Assembly: GCA_030141605.1 (NCBI GenBank)
Contig: JAQGDQ010000001.1
Coordinates: forward strand, 1,426,001 to 1,490,000
Source of the DNA: Tubiluchus corallicola
Taxonomy: Eukaryota; Animalia; Priapulida
DNA length: 64,000 bases
Direction of reading: 5' to 3'
Shown: positions 37,850-52,823 of the stretch, piece by piece
How the letters are laid out: every line of letters starts with the position of its first letter
Position numbering within the stretch: the first letter of the stretch is position 1
Position numbers and translations under genes: made by a program
Notes under the pieces: model-generated
Told to the model about the DNA's origin: nothing
Databases searched by the model: none
What the model saw: the letters and a program-made list of their open reading frames with translations, nothing else

Positions 37850-40800
37850 ATGGTTTACATACAGTTTCCCGTAGCACATACAGAAGAAGAAGAACAGTTA
37901 TTGAAAAAATACGCCAAACTTCGCAAAAAGGTAGAAACGCAGATGTGACTATTCAAATAATGCTGTTGTGATTATGAGTTTATGATGTTAATAGTTAAAT
38001 TGTAAACGTCGTGAGAAATTAATAATGAAAACCGTTTTAAGGCCCTAAATCAAATTACTTAAAACTGTATTTCTGTAAAATAATTATATTAATGAAATCA
38101 GAATGCAGAAATCAAAATGTACCACAGTATGAAATTGATGTCTTAAATTGTTCTTTGATTTTGAATGTACGAAGACTGCTCAACCCCAGACGATAGGAAA
38201 TTGGGATTTTTCAAAATAGTTAAAAAGAACCTGGAGATTTTAAATTGCGAATATAAAATCAGACTATAATCGTTATGGTACTGAAACTATTTCTCGAGAA
38301 AAATTAAACTGATAGTGATACTTAGTGACGTCCACCAACTTCATCTAAATAGCAGTGTAATCGGTGGCGATGGTATCTGGTGGTGTAAGTTTGGATAAGC
38401 TTGTGTTGTGCGTCTCAGTCACTCTTTGAGAATTCCTCCTAGTGACTCTTGATAGCATTTACACTGGTAGAATTCAGTGCATCCTCTGTTAACCGTTCCA
38501 GTCATTAATAACCCTTTGACTAAAACTGTAATTCCTAAGATCAAGTCTAGACGTTTTGTTCATTAATTCTTTTGGAGTTACCTCTTGTTCTACTGTCATC
38601 ACTAACAGCAAAAAAAGTCATTACATTCCAGACCCTAGAGTCCATTCACAATTGTAGAAATTTCAACCAGGTCTGCATTCAGTTGACTGTGTTATAGTGA
38701 CATTAATCAACATCTTTTCACTTTCTGTTCATATGTTAACTTTGGCAAAACTTGGACATTCAGTCAAGTTTGTAGATTTCTTTTGTACACCTGCAAGCAG
38801 TCTATTATCTTTCACCACATAGGGTTTCCATGCCTGTATGCAGAAATCCAAGTGTGGTCTAGCAAAACTTTGTACAGTTTTACGATTAAATCTTTGTCTC
38901 TTTTAATAAAAGACCTTTTTATCATGCCCAATGTTCTCTTAGCCCTTCTGACTGCTTCTGCACACCAACTGCTAGACCTTACCAACTTATATATTAACAC
39001 TTCCAAATCCTTAACATCAGTAGTGCTCTCCAATCTCACATCTCCCATATAGTAATCATAACGCACATTGGTAAAACCAGAATGGTTGCATTCACTTCTT
39101 TGTGTTAAACAGAATCTTCCAGTCAAATGACACTCATACATTTTGTTCAACTCGTACATTATGGTAAAGGCTTCTTCAGAACTACCTACTGTTCTGAAGA
39201 TCTTCGTGTCATCAGCAAACTTTAGAATAGCACTGGAAATTTTGTCACCGATATCATTTATGTAGATTAAAAATAAAACAGATCAGACTACAAGTCCTTG
39301 TGGAACTCCACTAACTGCTTCACCCCATGAACACATATTTCCATTTTCAACCACTCGTTGTCTTCTTCCACACAACCACTGCTCAAGTCATTTCAACACC
39401 CGTCCATCAATGCCATGCATTCTGAACTTCGACAGCAGATGTTTGTGGGGAACCTTATCGAATGCTTTGCTGAAGTCTAAATAAAATGGCATCAACTGGT
39501 TTACCACCATCAACTACCTAAGTGACTTTTTCTAAAAAAATACAATATATTAACTAGTAAGACATTATATACCCTTTGTAAAACCATGCTGAGAACCCCT
39601 AATAAGATTGTTATTTTCAAGTGCTCAGCGATGTGCTTTTTTATAATAGATTCCATTACCTTGCTGAAATGAGATGTTAAGCTGACAGGCCTATAGTTCT
39701 GCACAAATTGCTTTTTTCCCTTTTTAACCAGAGGTGTAACATTGGCCAGCCTCCAATCATCAGGTATGATTGTTGAACAACTGACTAAGAGTTTTGCTAA
39801 AATCGATGCCATTTCCTTCTGCTTTATTTCATCTGTGTTTGAAGCTTTTTCTGGTTTCAATTTACATAAGCACTTTTCAACAATCTCATGAGTAAAATCA
39901 ATAGTCTTTAATCTAGTTTCTTCACTGCCTGTAAATATTTCCCTAGGAGTGCGAAATTCCTGCAGTCCTCATGTGTGAACATATTGAATGCAATCTGCAA
40001 ATTGCTAATCATCATCCACAGTGCTACCATTCTCTTCAACCTATGGTCCAACCACATCCTTAATCTTCTTCACATAACCATAAAAAACCAAGGGTTGTTC
40101 TTGGCCCTCTCAGCCAATCTTCTTTCATATTTTCTTCTAGCTTTTCTGATTTCTTTAGTCAATTTGCTCGTTGCCCTACTGTATTGCCCCTCATGCAGTT
40201 TACTTGACATAATTTCAATATGATCTGATTTTAGACTTTCTTGCTTTGTCTACATGCTAGTTGTACTACTTCCTCTTTTTTCTGCTTTTCCTAGGTGTAA
40301 ACTGACTAATGGCTGAATTGATTTTAAACTTTACATCCTTCCATTGATCTTCCACATCCATATCTACCACTGACAGATTTCACTCACAATCAGCTAGAAA
40401 TTTCTGCATTCTAGTAAAATCAGAGTTTCTATAATCTAGATGCAGTAGGCGCCATTTATTAGACCCGTGGTTAATAAACACAGTCGCTTAATTGACTCAA
40501 AAACGCCTGGTACGGGCTGCTCCTATTCAAATGTTTGTGAAAACTGTTGACAATTGACTCAAATAACTCTGCACAATTGACTCAATATTTTTACTTCACA
40601 TGCTTAAATAAAAGCACTTTTATGTGATCTTAGTTCGCTTTTGTGCTCTTAATATACATAGAAACAATCATGTAAAGTACGATTTTGTTTGTAAGCAGGT
40701 AGGTTTATCATGCACTAATACACTAGTGTACCGGTTTTGCTTTAAATCTGTTACCTGCTGGTCCTCTGTAATTAACCTCGTTCCCCATGAATTTTTGTAC

Positions 40801-43504
40801 GCTAAACATTGAATCACTTGTCTAGCAGTTTCTTTTTGAAGCTCTCATTGAAAATCACGCTTTCCCGCTTGATCAGTTAATAGTCAATGATGCATTGCAG
40901 CAAGAAATAATTTCATTAAAACTAGATGTTTTAGTTAGCCAGACACCAATGTCAATAGTACATGTGCAAAATAAGATACTTTTTCTAAATTGCTTTGTTA
41001 AACCTAAGGTTAAAATTGGGTTAAAATTAGGTTAAAATTTCTTGAACATTTAATAATTTAAATTTAAATTTATTAATTTCTTTTCATTTTTAATTTTTTT
41101 AAACTTACAGTGCCACTTAATTATTCAATACCTAAAAATAGTGTTTTTGGCCTAATCACTAATGAGTAGAAGGTAGTGATAAATAAAGCAGAATTTTACA
41201 ATTTAACCTAACTGCAAACAATGTATTTATCTCAACGCAAAGCAAAATGTATCTCAAATGATTTTCTGGTTAACATTTACATGGTCTGCTAATTTCTATT
41301 TGGTGGTCCTCTGACCAGTGGTCCTTTGTTTGGAGGTCCTTCGACCTGTTGTCCTTTGACTGGTAGGCCTTTCACCTACAAGTGTTTGGTTGTAGCACCA
41401 TTTTTTAGTTTTATTCAGTAAAATCAAAATTTTACTGGTATTTTTATTTACTGTGACAAAGCAAAGACATAATATGAGAGTATAAGAAATGAGTTAAAAT
41501 CGTAAAACCACGACTTTCTTGGGTAAAACCTTGGTCGACTAAAAGTCTGGACTCGTAATGTAAGTTTCACAATAGAACATGCTAACAACCCTATTCTGGA
41601 TGAAAACATTAGACTTTCAAAATGTTGTATTACCCTTGATGAAACATGATTATTGATACTTTGCCTTGCAGATTATGAAAAATAGTTTAGAAAACCTGAC
41701 TAATTGTTGCTTATGAATCCTCATAGGTATAAGCATACTCTTCATTTTTTAATCATCAGTGTAGTGGGTTAATTAATTTGAACTCCGTAGATATACCACG
41801 TTAAGACAATGACATTTATTTTTATGCAGAAAAAACAGTTGCAGCAAATGAAGGCTAAAAAACCTGCTCCTACTACAGCCACAACTGCAGCCGGCAAAAA
41901 AACATGGATATTTCGTAAGATAATTTTTGCTTACTTTTAGTGTACCGGTTATGTGATGGTACTAAAATTTCGAGTGATTTTAATATCTATGTCGATTCCA
42001 ATAAAAGTCTCAATTCGGAATTTCTTATACTAGCTAGTAATGTGCCAAACTGCATTACAAAAAGCAGAACCAATTGACAAATCATTCGTACTTTCTGTGT
42101 TGCAGAAAAATTAATACTTAATGCATTTTGTTTCATAACTGATAATAAGCACAATTCTGTTTTTGGCTGCAAGTGTAGCAGCTCCTCGTTTTTATTCAAG
42201 TTTCTATCATTTTTAGCATCTGAAGTACCAGAAGACCCAAAAGAAGCAGCTAAACAATTATTAAAATCGGGGGTAAGTACAGGGGTAAACTTCCTTGTGG
42301 AACTGTTTGCTCTGGTGTAGCTTTAAGTATTTTATGCACAGTCTTTACTATTTTCAAGAGCATTAAATTTAAGCAAACTAATAAACGATTTAGAATAGCA
42401 TGGGTTTCGGATTCAAAAGCAGTGGCTAAAATCTGGTGACCAAATTATTTAAAAAGAAATTCTAGACCTGCCTCTATGTTTTTATAATGCAAGTTATATG
42501 ACACACCATTCAAGCATTCTGCTCTAACCGGAGCCTACAATAATATTACTGGGACAGTAAAATGTTATTGTTATGTGCAAGAACAGGCAAAGTGAATGTA
42601 ACAATTAACCTAACAAATCCGTACATGTGATATGAGAGAAATTACCAAACAAATTTTATCTTTACCTAGAAAAGCTATAAATCATTATGAGAGGTCTGCT
42701 GCCTGTTGTTAGAATTAGTAGGAGAAATTATTACGATGAGTTGAGATAGTAATGGACATTTTTGCAAGTGCGAGTGCAACAGTTAAAGGGATCTGGAAGG
42801 AATTAGCTTGTTATTTTTAATTCTTATTGGAAGAATGATTTGGTTTTAGAACAATTCAATTTTCCCAACAGCCTTTTGGAAATAATTAAGTTCTTGAACT
42901 AAGGTTAGACTGGTTCACTCTCGAACCAAAGGACATTTGGCTGGCTATAATCAACAACTTTTCCCACCTTTTAGTCAGTTGGGCAATTCCAAAGTCCACT
43001 GTGCTGTGCATGTATGTTGTAATGACATGTTTATAATTTTTGTACACTCACAACATTAAATACAAAAGGTACGTTAATTGTATCATTTTATAAATAGATT
43101 AATGTAGTGTTGCCAACAATATTAATTATTTGCCAACTTGATTTGCATATTGCATCAGCATGTAATCTGCCCGTCGACTTAGCATTATAGTAGATTACAT
43201 TTAATGAATTTTAGCATTTTGAATGCTAATGCTTACTGGGTTATAATAAATTTGGTTGATTAGCAATAACAAGTTTTAAGTTATTTTAAACATTTTTCTG
43301 AATGAAAGAGGTGGGCTAATTCCTGAACTGTGTCATCATACAAGACTACTAGACACATTGACATCTAATGTTTGAAAATTGGATCTATTTATTTTACTTT
43401 GTAATTTGTTTTTACTAATAAATTGCAATTGAATAATAGGACTTGAAACATTGTTAGTCTGCAATTGAGCAATGTTAGTCTCCATAAAAAATGCATAAAA
43501 TTTG

Positions 43505-43570
<66 letters not shown>

Positions 43571-46500
43571 TATTTATAGATACTTTGCAGGCCATCTCAG
43601 CCATAAAAGCTGAAACTAAAGAAAGACATGGGTTTAAACGATCACGGACACTGGAGCGCAGACTTACGGTAAGAGATAGGGCTACTTTATGTCTGTTGCA
43701 TTTTCACCTACATTGAGTTTTTTGCATTCACTTCTGAGATGCTTTGTGACTGTCACATTACCTGCCTCGAGATTTTTTTTAAATTCTATTCTGTGTTGAA
43801 GGATAAATTTATGGAAATATGACTACAGGATTCCATGTACATGTGTACATGCATTACATATGCAGCTGTGTTCAGTCTGTCATCATACTATACATTTCTT
43901 CCTTTTCATGCTGTGTGATGTTTCAAGCTCAAGTGTCTCTCATTCCAGTGTTATTGCAGTATGATTTTAGCTTGTCAATGACATACTGTTATATGTACTC
44001 TACCTATGTACCATTGTACTTATGTACCATTGACTGATAATATCTAGTCTTAATAACGAAATGTTTCGAGACTTTCAACAAGTTTGATTTGCAAACCTTT
44101 GCAAAAAAAATCATAAAAAACACCTGGTTTAGTAAAAATTTTAGTTTTTACAAACAGTAACAAATTTATTGGTATTTTTTTATCGATGATCAATGTCAAA
44201 TGTTTTTACTTTGGACAGGACACTACTGATAAATCTGATGCCAAGCCATCATCTTCTGGTTTTATAAAGTCTGGCAATGATGATTCTGATAGCGATAAGG
44301 TACGAAAACAAGAATATGTAGTGACATATGCTCTCATGATAAATTGCACTTAGTGTGTTATGAATTGTTGTGCTCCATGTTATTTTAGCATTTATTTCAA
44401 ACTACTTGAAAAAAGATGTGCTTTATTTTACTTTTCTATTTGAACACAGAATAAATCAGGCTGTGACCTTATTAGTGCTTACAGCCAAATTTGTAAAAAT
44501 TGTTCAGTGATAACAACTTCATAATGTTGTGTTCATATTTTTTATGCAGAGTTCACCAGCACCAAGTCAACCAAAAGTAAAAAAGTTGTATGAAAGCTTC
44601 GTGCGTAGCAATAATAAAAGTGAGTACGTTGTAATATGTAAGCAATAATTTAGCCTTGTAAGGTCTTGCAAGTGATTTAGGTGATCAGATAACGCAAATT
44701 GGGAAGCTATGAGAAAATGTGTAGTCTTGCAGTGTGCTGCTTTTTAGTGACATTCTAAATCCTGTCTTTATTAAAAATCTGTTCTTGTATATGTGCCTTT
44801 TATAGTATATAATTCTTTTAATAAGTATTTATTAAAAACAGTTGCTGTAAAAGTGGCTCTATATAATGCAAAGTTTAAACTGTGAACACCTACTAGAAAA
44901 TTGTCATGCAGTAAACTACGTATAACTAGACACCTTATAACTCAAATTCCTACGTATCTCGAACACATGGAATGGATATTCCCTTTCATTTTTCTCTCTT
45001 TACCAAATAGCGCGTAACTCAAATTATTGCGTAACTCAAACCGAATGCCCGGTACAATTTATAAGAATCTAACTGAAATTACCCTGCCTATCTTGAAATA
45101 ACCTTCCAAGTGAGAAATCCTACATGAAAGTGTGCACCACATTATGATTTTAACTACTAGTTCCAGCAAAAATGCTAAGATTTCCTGTATTACCTTACCA
45201 GAAAGCTGAACATGACCTGGCTTAATGAACATTGTTTAATAATTAGATCACAATATTATTATTGCCGAATTCTATTAACCATGCCACTCAGACTACAATA
45301 GATGTGGACCAGTCATTTTATTTTTGATTATCCATAAAAACTGATGTTTGTATGGTTCAGTTTGTCATTTTCATAGGCTGCAGTGTATTGTTGAACGTTG
45401 ATGAGCGATTCAATCTTGTTTTCTTACAAACATTGTCTAGCTCGTACTGTCACATAACTCGAACAAATTTTCTAGCCCTGAGGTGTTCGAGTTATACATA
45501 GCTTACTATATTTTAGGATGTTTTTCAGTTTTTTTTTTGCAAAATACTGCATTTCACCGTATAAAATAGAAAAATGACTTGTATTAAAATTATTTTTATA
45601 TGCCACTCTTAAACGCAAATTTACAATTTTCAACTAGTACAAAATACTTATCTTTCTGTACTAATCAATCAATATCATGCTGAAGCCAATGCACAAAATT
45701 TACTTAATTTTTAACAACAGATCGGCAATAACTATAATTATTTATCTGTGCATTCACGTGTTACGTATTTTTTGGCAGTTTTTGTCAGTTCACCTACGTA
45801 ATTTTCCAAAATTATTGGTCTACCTGAAAAGACAACATCTGTGTACTGTTTGTAGAGTCATCTCTGCTTTTGTTACTGAATATTTTTGCTGCTAAAATTA
45901 TAAATTATGTTATAATGTCTTTTGTAGATAATGAAGATCAGAAAGAGTTGTGGGATAAAGACAGATCTAGTGGTAGCGAAAGAGATAGTGACTCCAGAAT
46001 AAGACCAAGGAAGGGTCAAACTGTTTACGTACATGGCTATGGTTTAACAGAGGAAATCTTGAAAAAAGCATTTAATGATATTGGCAAAATTCTTAATATA
46101 TCATTGGAACCAGATAAAAAGTGAGTTTTATTATTTGATTGTTTTCATAAGATTATTTTTTATAGCTTCAGTGCTTTTAACTACTGGATTTCGTATCTTA
46201 AGAATGCTCCATGATTTTACATGTGTGCCAGCAACTACTATTCCTATTTTACATCAGTAGCACATAGATTGTTTGGTTTGCATAGTGAATGTAGCACTGG
46301 CGCTGCCATCTGCTGGATAAAAGTTAATATTTATGACCCTTGAAAGAACACAGCATAAATTACTACCGGCACTACTCTCGAGCGGTTAAATGTTATCTGG
46401 TATAATAACTGCCTGCAAACAATGTATGTAAATCAGTTTCTCCACAATTTGGCCACTGCTGTTTAAGACTGTGCAGTATTTTTTAGTAGATCTCTATAGT

Positions 46501-49500
46501 GCCAATTTGTCAGTGCTAGCAGTATTACTAATGTTTTGGTCGTAGCCACTTACAGTCGTTATTAATCTTGACAGGAAAATGTGCATTTAATGCTAGCAAC
46601 AGTGTGATTACATTGTTTGTAAAATTATTTTCTTGCAGTTGTGGATTTGTTACATTTAACGTAAATGAGGAAGCAGACCAAGCAATTAATGAGGTAAAGA
46701 TGCATTAAATTGTTTCTTTAATTAGATCTTTAGCAGTCACTGCTTATAAGTGTTCAGTAAATACAGTTCGTTCTGCTATTTTTTAAATTGTGCTCACACT
46801 TGAACTATAAAAAATTCTGGAAATGTTTCTACTGTATTAGATATTTTTTATTTAACATTACTTATGTGATGTTTGTTACAATATTGGTGCACATATTTTT
46901 CAAAAAAACGTTAAAGTCGCAAAATCATTCCGTAGTCGATGCAGGAAAATAATAAAAGATAATAGTTATCACGATAATAGTTATCACGTTATCTTAAACG
47001 GGGCCTGTGAACAAAAATTTAGTGTTACAGTTAAAGTCGGTAACAAAGAAGGATTTCAATAGCAATAAGTAAATTGTTGTTTATATGCAAACCATCATTA
47101 AATAACCAAATGTATCAAAGTTTATATCAGTACACTGGAATGGCCGGGCCTGGTGTCTTCCACTCACTGGAATGTCTGTGATAAGAAACATTCATGTAAA
47201 ACCTGCCTGATAAATTTCACCAAGCCTGTTTATGCTAAGTAAATACAATAAGGTGCACGAGTTAGAAGCTTCTGTGTTATGATTGTAGTACTTGTCAGCT
47301 GTAGCTTCTAGCCTTCTGGTACTAGGGAAAATGTATAGTATAATTTATAGTAATGCATCTAATGCAACTGGGATACAGATAGAGGAAAAAATAGAAACTA
47401 TAATTACACAGATTAATTCTTAATGACAAGAATAGTGAAAATGAATAAAAAATCTCAGTATTAAAAAAACAAGGAAAGAATAAGAAAGTTTCAAACTACC
47501 ACTGTAATTTTCCAGGTGAACATAAAAAGCAAAAAAATCTCAAGAAACTGCTAAAACAACTTTTCTGGAGCTTTTTGTTTATATTATTTAACATAAGAAA
47601 GATACTACACTAAAAAAGATACAAGCACATATAAAAATGCAGAAGCATTGCAGATAAAAACACCTTGTGTTTTTATCTGCTGTGCTTCTCTGCCCTTTCT
47701 TGCTTTTTCCTTGTTTTTCAATTGTTGGATTTTTTTTATTTATACAACCTACAACCTGTTCGTATTCCTAATGATTGAAAATGCATTAGGGAGACATAAA
47801 TCAAGCTCTTTATGCATTCTAGAACATACATTTATACATTTTTTGTTAATTAAATGTAAAAGCAAGTATTAGTCCGTAGCTAAAGGGTGGTAAATGCAGC
47901 TGTTAACCTTTTATGTGAAATTGTGTCATACTGGGTAAGTTTATTTCTAGATGAGAAAATGTCTGAAATAAATCGTGTCCTCTAGATATGTGTAAGCATT
48001 TTATGAATCACTACAGCGAATATTCACAAAGTAGCTTTAATTTAGGTTAATAGTGGTTTTCTTATAAAAAGTGCCATAATAAATAATTTTCAGTGCTGAA
48101 AACATTCTTCTTTAAGCACAAATCTGAACTGGGATTCTTTATTGCATACTCTGCCAGACTTTGCCACTCGTACTAAAAGTTTTCCTTTGTATAGCTACAT
48201 GTATATTTTAGTTTTAGAACCTCCTGTCACATGTACAAATGAGGAAAGTTTGTAGATTGCATGTGTATTACATAATTTTAATAGTTTTTTCATTGCTGAT
48301 TGTAGTGCCAATATGCATATAGACTTTTATGCGCTATTTGTGTAAAATACCTATGTTGAAACAATTGTCCAATATACTTTTAAGTTTATGTTTTAAATGC
48401 TTTTTTATAGGTAAATGGTAGTATGGTACAAGGCGTGCACTTGAAAGTTTCCCTTGCGAGACGCCAGCCTACGGTTGATAATATAATACATGTGCCAACT
48501 AGTGACCAGTCTCCACTGACCTGGGGCACGATAGGTAATTTCTTGTTGCTTCATTATTTTTACTTAATAAGAATAAGAAACTCCCTGGTGCTAGAGAAAT
48601 TAGTAGGCATTACATGTTCATTCTACGCTTAAGGTGTGGGGTGATTCTTGGCTTCAAAAGATGCTGATTTGGTTGTTTGGTTTGATATTAGTAGGATCTT
48701 TTTGCTGCATTTACCTAGTTTGAACCCAGAATAGTATAGGTTTCAGTAGCACATGAATATGAGCGAAAATTTGACAATGACAAGACTTCTTGTAATGTGC
48801 ACCAAAAAATTTCGTTACCGTTTAAGTATTGATATACTGTAGGTCCCAGTAGCGGATGAATGATCATTTTTGAAGAATGCTGTTATTACCACTATTTTGG
48901 AATTGTGTTATCAAAGACTTGATAGTATTTATCTGGAATATCTCATTAGCATTTCCTAAAAACAGTAGCAACAAAGTGAGGAGCAAGTCCCTGCTACCAA
49001 GATTTAGAAATGTTTCTGCTATTCTACTGCTAAGTCACTTCTATTAGATCAGCAAGTTTCACTGTGATATTCAAGTCTTGGTGTCAAGCTTAGATGCTGT
49101 GTTTCTTGTGGGGCAGTAACTTATTATATCTCAAGTACCAGGTGGTTTTCCTGGGGCAGTATCTCTTAGAATGCAGCTGTGTTTGTTAGGCATTAGTTGT
49201 TCACTTATATGTAAAAAATGGTTCGACTATTTTTTGATCGCTGCTTTCTTATCTAAAGTACTATCTGACGAGACAAAAATGTGCGAACAATAGATCAGCT
49301 ACTAAAGTAAAATGGTAAAAATAGCCCTGAGTATGGCTTAGAATCTATAGTTTAATTTTTGTAGTTAAGTAGCAATGGCATGTAAGCCATGTTGTGATGT
49401 AGGGTAGTTATGGAACTGGTATATCTTTCGGGCTGTAAACAAGATACACTATCCAGGTTTGCATTTTTAATGTTTATTCACAGATCTAACTTGCCTAATT

Positions 49501-49839
49501 TCTCCCAAAGGTGCTTCGCTCCTAATAGTAACTTTACAAACTAATAATGCACTATCAAAATGCAAGACGCCCAGCTGTACTATATAAGTTGGCTAAGGCA
49601 AATAGATCTGGAGCTTTTCAAACATTTGTAAAGATAACCCAGGTTAAATTTGTTTCCACAGTTAAAGTTAAACTGAAACAAAAATATATTCTTCATATAT
49701 TCTGACAGTCTTCAATACTGATGCATATATTTACATATCGATAATTACCTTTCTCTTCATAGCAACAAATCTGTCTCAGAAAGGAACATATAAAGACTCC
49801 CGAGAACTTAGAACATATGATCAAGATGATTTGTTTTAA
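37850..49839 (+). CDS. NELFE: Negative elongation factor E (RRM protein, 10 coding exons, ~299 aa)
   Basis: Exons: 37850-37930, 41830-41914, 42217-42272, 43591-43668, 44219-44299, 44550-44619, 45928-46120, 46639-46693, 48411-48534, 49763-49839; GT-AG, 900 nt. MVYIQFP..TEEEEQLLKKYAKLRKKKK, LLKSGAISAIKAETK..GFKRSRTLE, LYESFV, RRM (PRKGQTVYVHG..NCGFVTF..LKVSLARRQP) and C-terminal WGTIA..SQKG..KD.R match known NELF-E sequences. Confidence 0.95.
38330..40445 (-). mobile_element. 5'-truncated, degenerate CR1-type LINE (RT region), antisense in NELF-E intron 1
   Basis: PDDWRLANVTPLVKKG..NYRPVSLTS, LDFSKAFDKVPH, SGVPQG, FLIYINDI, KFADDTKIF, RTLGMIKRSF, FSQRVINDWN; many frameshifts. Boundaries approximate. 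Confidence 0.88.
41304..41378. repeat. 15-bp minisatellite, 5 degenerate units (consensus ~TGGTCCTTTGACCWG)
   Basis: Units start at 41304, 41319, 41334, 41349 and 41364; possibly the subterminal array of a non-autonomous DNA element. Confidence 0.7.
43508..43567. repeat. (AT)n microsatellite just upstream of the NELF-E exon 4 acceptor
   Basis: Direct reading. Confidence 0.97.
44909..45508. mobile_element. Tc1/mariner-pogo type MITE in NELF-E intron 6
   Basis: Left end CAGTAAACTACGTATAACTAGACACC versus right-end reverse complement TAGTAAGCTATGTATAACTCGAACACC; internal AACTCGAA/AACTCAAA subterminal repeats. Confidence 0.6.
46300..46317 (-). promoter_or_regulatory. CTCF-consensus motif in NELF-E intron 7
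   Basis: Minus strand reads TCCAGCAGATGGCAGCGC, matching CCASYAGRKGGCRS; motif match only. Confidence 0.4.
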
Positions 49840-50095
49840 GAATTGGTCTTGGAAGGCTTGAAGTGTGAGTAGTGCATTGAACTTGATATTGCTTGTACAG
49901 CCTGTCCGGAAAGTTTTATGAGCTGCTTGTAAATGAGAATTTTTAGTTAGCCTTTGTAACATTTAGTGATTTTTGTAAATTCTAAACAACTATTTTCAGC
50001 TCGCTGTTGAAATAACAATAGTTACATCGACAAACTAGCACTAATAACTGTAATTTGCTGCAGCTTGCAATCGTTTGACTGTCACTTGTAAGTTA

Positions 50096-50793
50096 CAGTA
50101 AGCCCTCGCTTAACGACGCTAATGCGTTTCAGCAAAATGTGACATTCAGCGAAACAGCGTTAAACAAAGCCACGACTTGCATAGAAAGTAATGTAAAAAA
50201 CTGAGATAAGTTCCAGAGGCAAACATCAGTCCTATATTACCATTGATTGATTTCTTCCTGTTTGCTTGAAACCACCTTTCTGTTTGTATGAAACTACCAA
50301 ATCTTTCTTACCGCTACTTGGCTAGTAGTATCTTTTTCCTTAACCTTGAAGCCCAATGCAGTTAATGGTTAAACACTGCATTGAGACAATTTTGTCTTGA
50401 CACTTATTGCTACAGCAACAGGTGGTAAGCAAAACTTCTTTGCATAAAGACTTAGTTTGCACACAGCTGCTGGGGGTGTACAAATTGCAAATAAATCTCG
50501 CTTAATACAAACAGCTAACATTAAAGTTCAGCAGTCATTCTCGAAGCAAAAACATAAATAACTGTACTATTTTGCATTACTAGTGCATTTTTAGAACATA
50601 ATAATGCGAAAATGCTGTTTTAATGTTTCAAATTAGGTAAAAGTTATTGATAAAATAAAAATTGCTTTGATAAAAGTAAAAAAATTGTCGTTAAAATGAA
50701 ACGTGCGTCATTAAGTGAGAAAAGGTGTCAAATGTTCAGCGTCGTTAAAATAAAACACCACTAAACGAGCGGTCATTAAATAAGGATTTACTG
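50096..50793. mobile_element. pogo/Tigger-like non-autonomous element (same family as 17150-17767)
   Basis: TA-CAGTAAGCCCTCGCTTAACGAC ... GTCATTAAATAAGGATTTACTG-TA: imperfect TIRs with a TA target duplication. Confidence 0.65.
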
Positions 50794-50853
50794 TATCAAA
50801 GTGATAGTAAACGAGCGGTCATTAAATAAGGATTCACTGTATCAAAGTGATAG
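50762..50853. repeat. 46-bp tandem duplication spanning a transposon terminus
   Basis: 50762-50807 and 50808-50853 differ by one base. Confidence 0.9.
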
Positions 50854-52823
50854 TACTTTTTTTAATTAATAATTTATATGACCTTTAGATGTAAATTCGT
50901 ACATGTTGTAAATGCTACTGTCAATATTAAAATGGATAACAAGTAAACTATTTCTTCCCCTTTTCATCCATCACATCTAGCTAGAAAGTTACTTAATCAT
51001 GTAAGCAGAATTGACTCACTTAGTAATCATGTATATAATAATCTCATTGATGTTCCCTTTCTATAATTTCTATTAAATAGTAATTGCAATTATTGCAACA
51101 CGTTATGTAAATGATATATCATTTATTTTGAAAATCAATAAATGATCATTTGTTTTCTGAAATTCAGGATGGCATTCAATTGATCTGACACACTTTAACA
51201 TTTTCATCAATAACATGCACTTTTCTTTTGTTACATTGTTTTTGTCCTAAGATTTAATGTCATTGTCATTATAATTTCTTGATCAAAACCATGGTGTTTT
51301 TAATTTGTTCATTCTCGCTGTATACAAAATTTTTGTTTTCCCAGATTGATTCTTTGTTAGTTAGCACAAGACAATTGATTATTGAGCTGCTTGTTCATTT
51401 ATTACTTTTATACTTGTTTATATGCTGCATCTATTTCTGTAAATAATGTATGTTTATAGTACTGTTCATCTGTATTTTGCAGCCTTAGTCATAGTTATTG
51501 GTGTATGTGAAAATGTGTCATTACAATAAACAATTTACAACTACTGTTCTCATATGCGCTTGCATTTTACATATCCATTTGTTATCTGAATGGTATGTGA
51601 AAGCAATTGAAATCTTTTAGTTGTCAGTGTGTTTGTTTGTTAGTATCTGAAATTAAGTAAAGCTGGGCCTGATTAATAAAAGGTTGAATGACCACAGGTT
51701 TAAATCTTTTGGATTTTACCTTCTGAATCTCATTGATATACACTATTGCAGTCTCTCTTAATAATCTATTGTTTGAATTGAACAAAAGATAAATACTATG
51801 CCTCAATGAACTGATCCGAGATTTATATCTTCCCCGCTTTTAATATTTATAAATATATATAAATGGGGGAGGCAAAAATCCAGAAGTGTTAAACTCCAGT
51901 TCAGCAATTTGTTTACTGAAAATATAAACCGTGATATCAATGGACAGCATTAGAAACATCTGATTCAAGTCACAGCTCATGTATGATTTTTGGAAAAATA
52001 AAATACAATTATGTTATATGTTACAAAGCTTCCGTTATGTTATACATTCAATTACTATAATTGCTCCTATTACAGCAGTTAACTTGTTTTGCTGAACTTT
52101 CTTCTTGCTGCATGTTTTTATGTTTTGTAGTATTAATTACATAATCATATAAATTTATGTTATTGACATGTTTTTCATTTTCTTATTCATTGACAATTTG
52201 TATCCATTTCTTTCATTTAGTGGTCACTTGAGACAGTGTTTTGTCTTCTGTATTTTCAATACATCTTTTAATCAAAGTTTAAAACAGTTAGGCATTTGGT
52301 AGGTTGTAACTTAAGAACTTATGAATTATTATGTGCCCCCATTAAATTAACAGTCGTTGGTGATTTAGACTGTTGTTGAAGTAGTTTGGTCTCGACGTCA
52401 GTACACATCACTGTCAAGTACGTGCAAACATAACCTTTGGATTAGTTTGTCTTATATGCATTAATTTGTTGTTTCCACAGTTACAGAGGCTACAGATGTT
52501 TAGTGTGTTTAGTGCTGTACAACTGTCTTGTGGTGTTTGTGAAATACCTGCTTTTGAGAATTTATGATTTTGACTTCTTTACTTGTATTTTGACTTTTCA
52601 GTTTGATGCCAATATTTGACAGTTGGTACATTTTAGTTATATATGTTTGCCATTCAGAAAATCTTTAAAGGAGTTATAATTCAAACTGAAATACCAGGAT
52701 ATTAACACTTGTGTTACTAATAGGTAGGATGATCTGTGTCGTTTCTATTAATTACTTTTAATGGAATGATTGTGATTGTATCCATTTGCGACATACTTGA
52801 TTTGATTTTGATACTTTAACGGC

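Noticed and set aside
41304-41378. Regularly spaced repeats as a CRISPR array (also 35930-36030)
   Set aside because: Short degenerate units without unique spacers, eukaryotic context, no cas genes.
45950-46010. NELF-E lacks a long Arg-Asp repeat
   Set aside because: The extended RD repeat is a vertebrate feature; short versions are normal in invertebrates.
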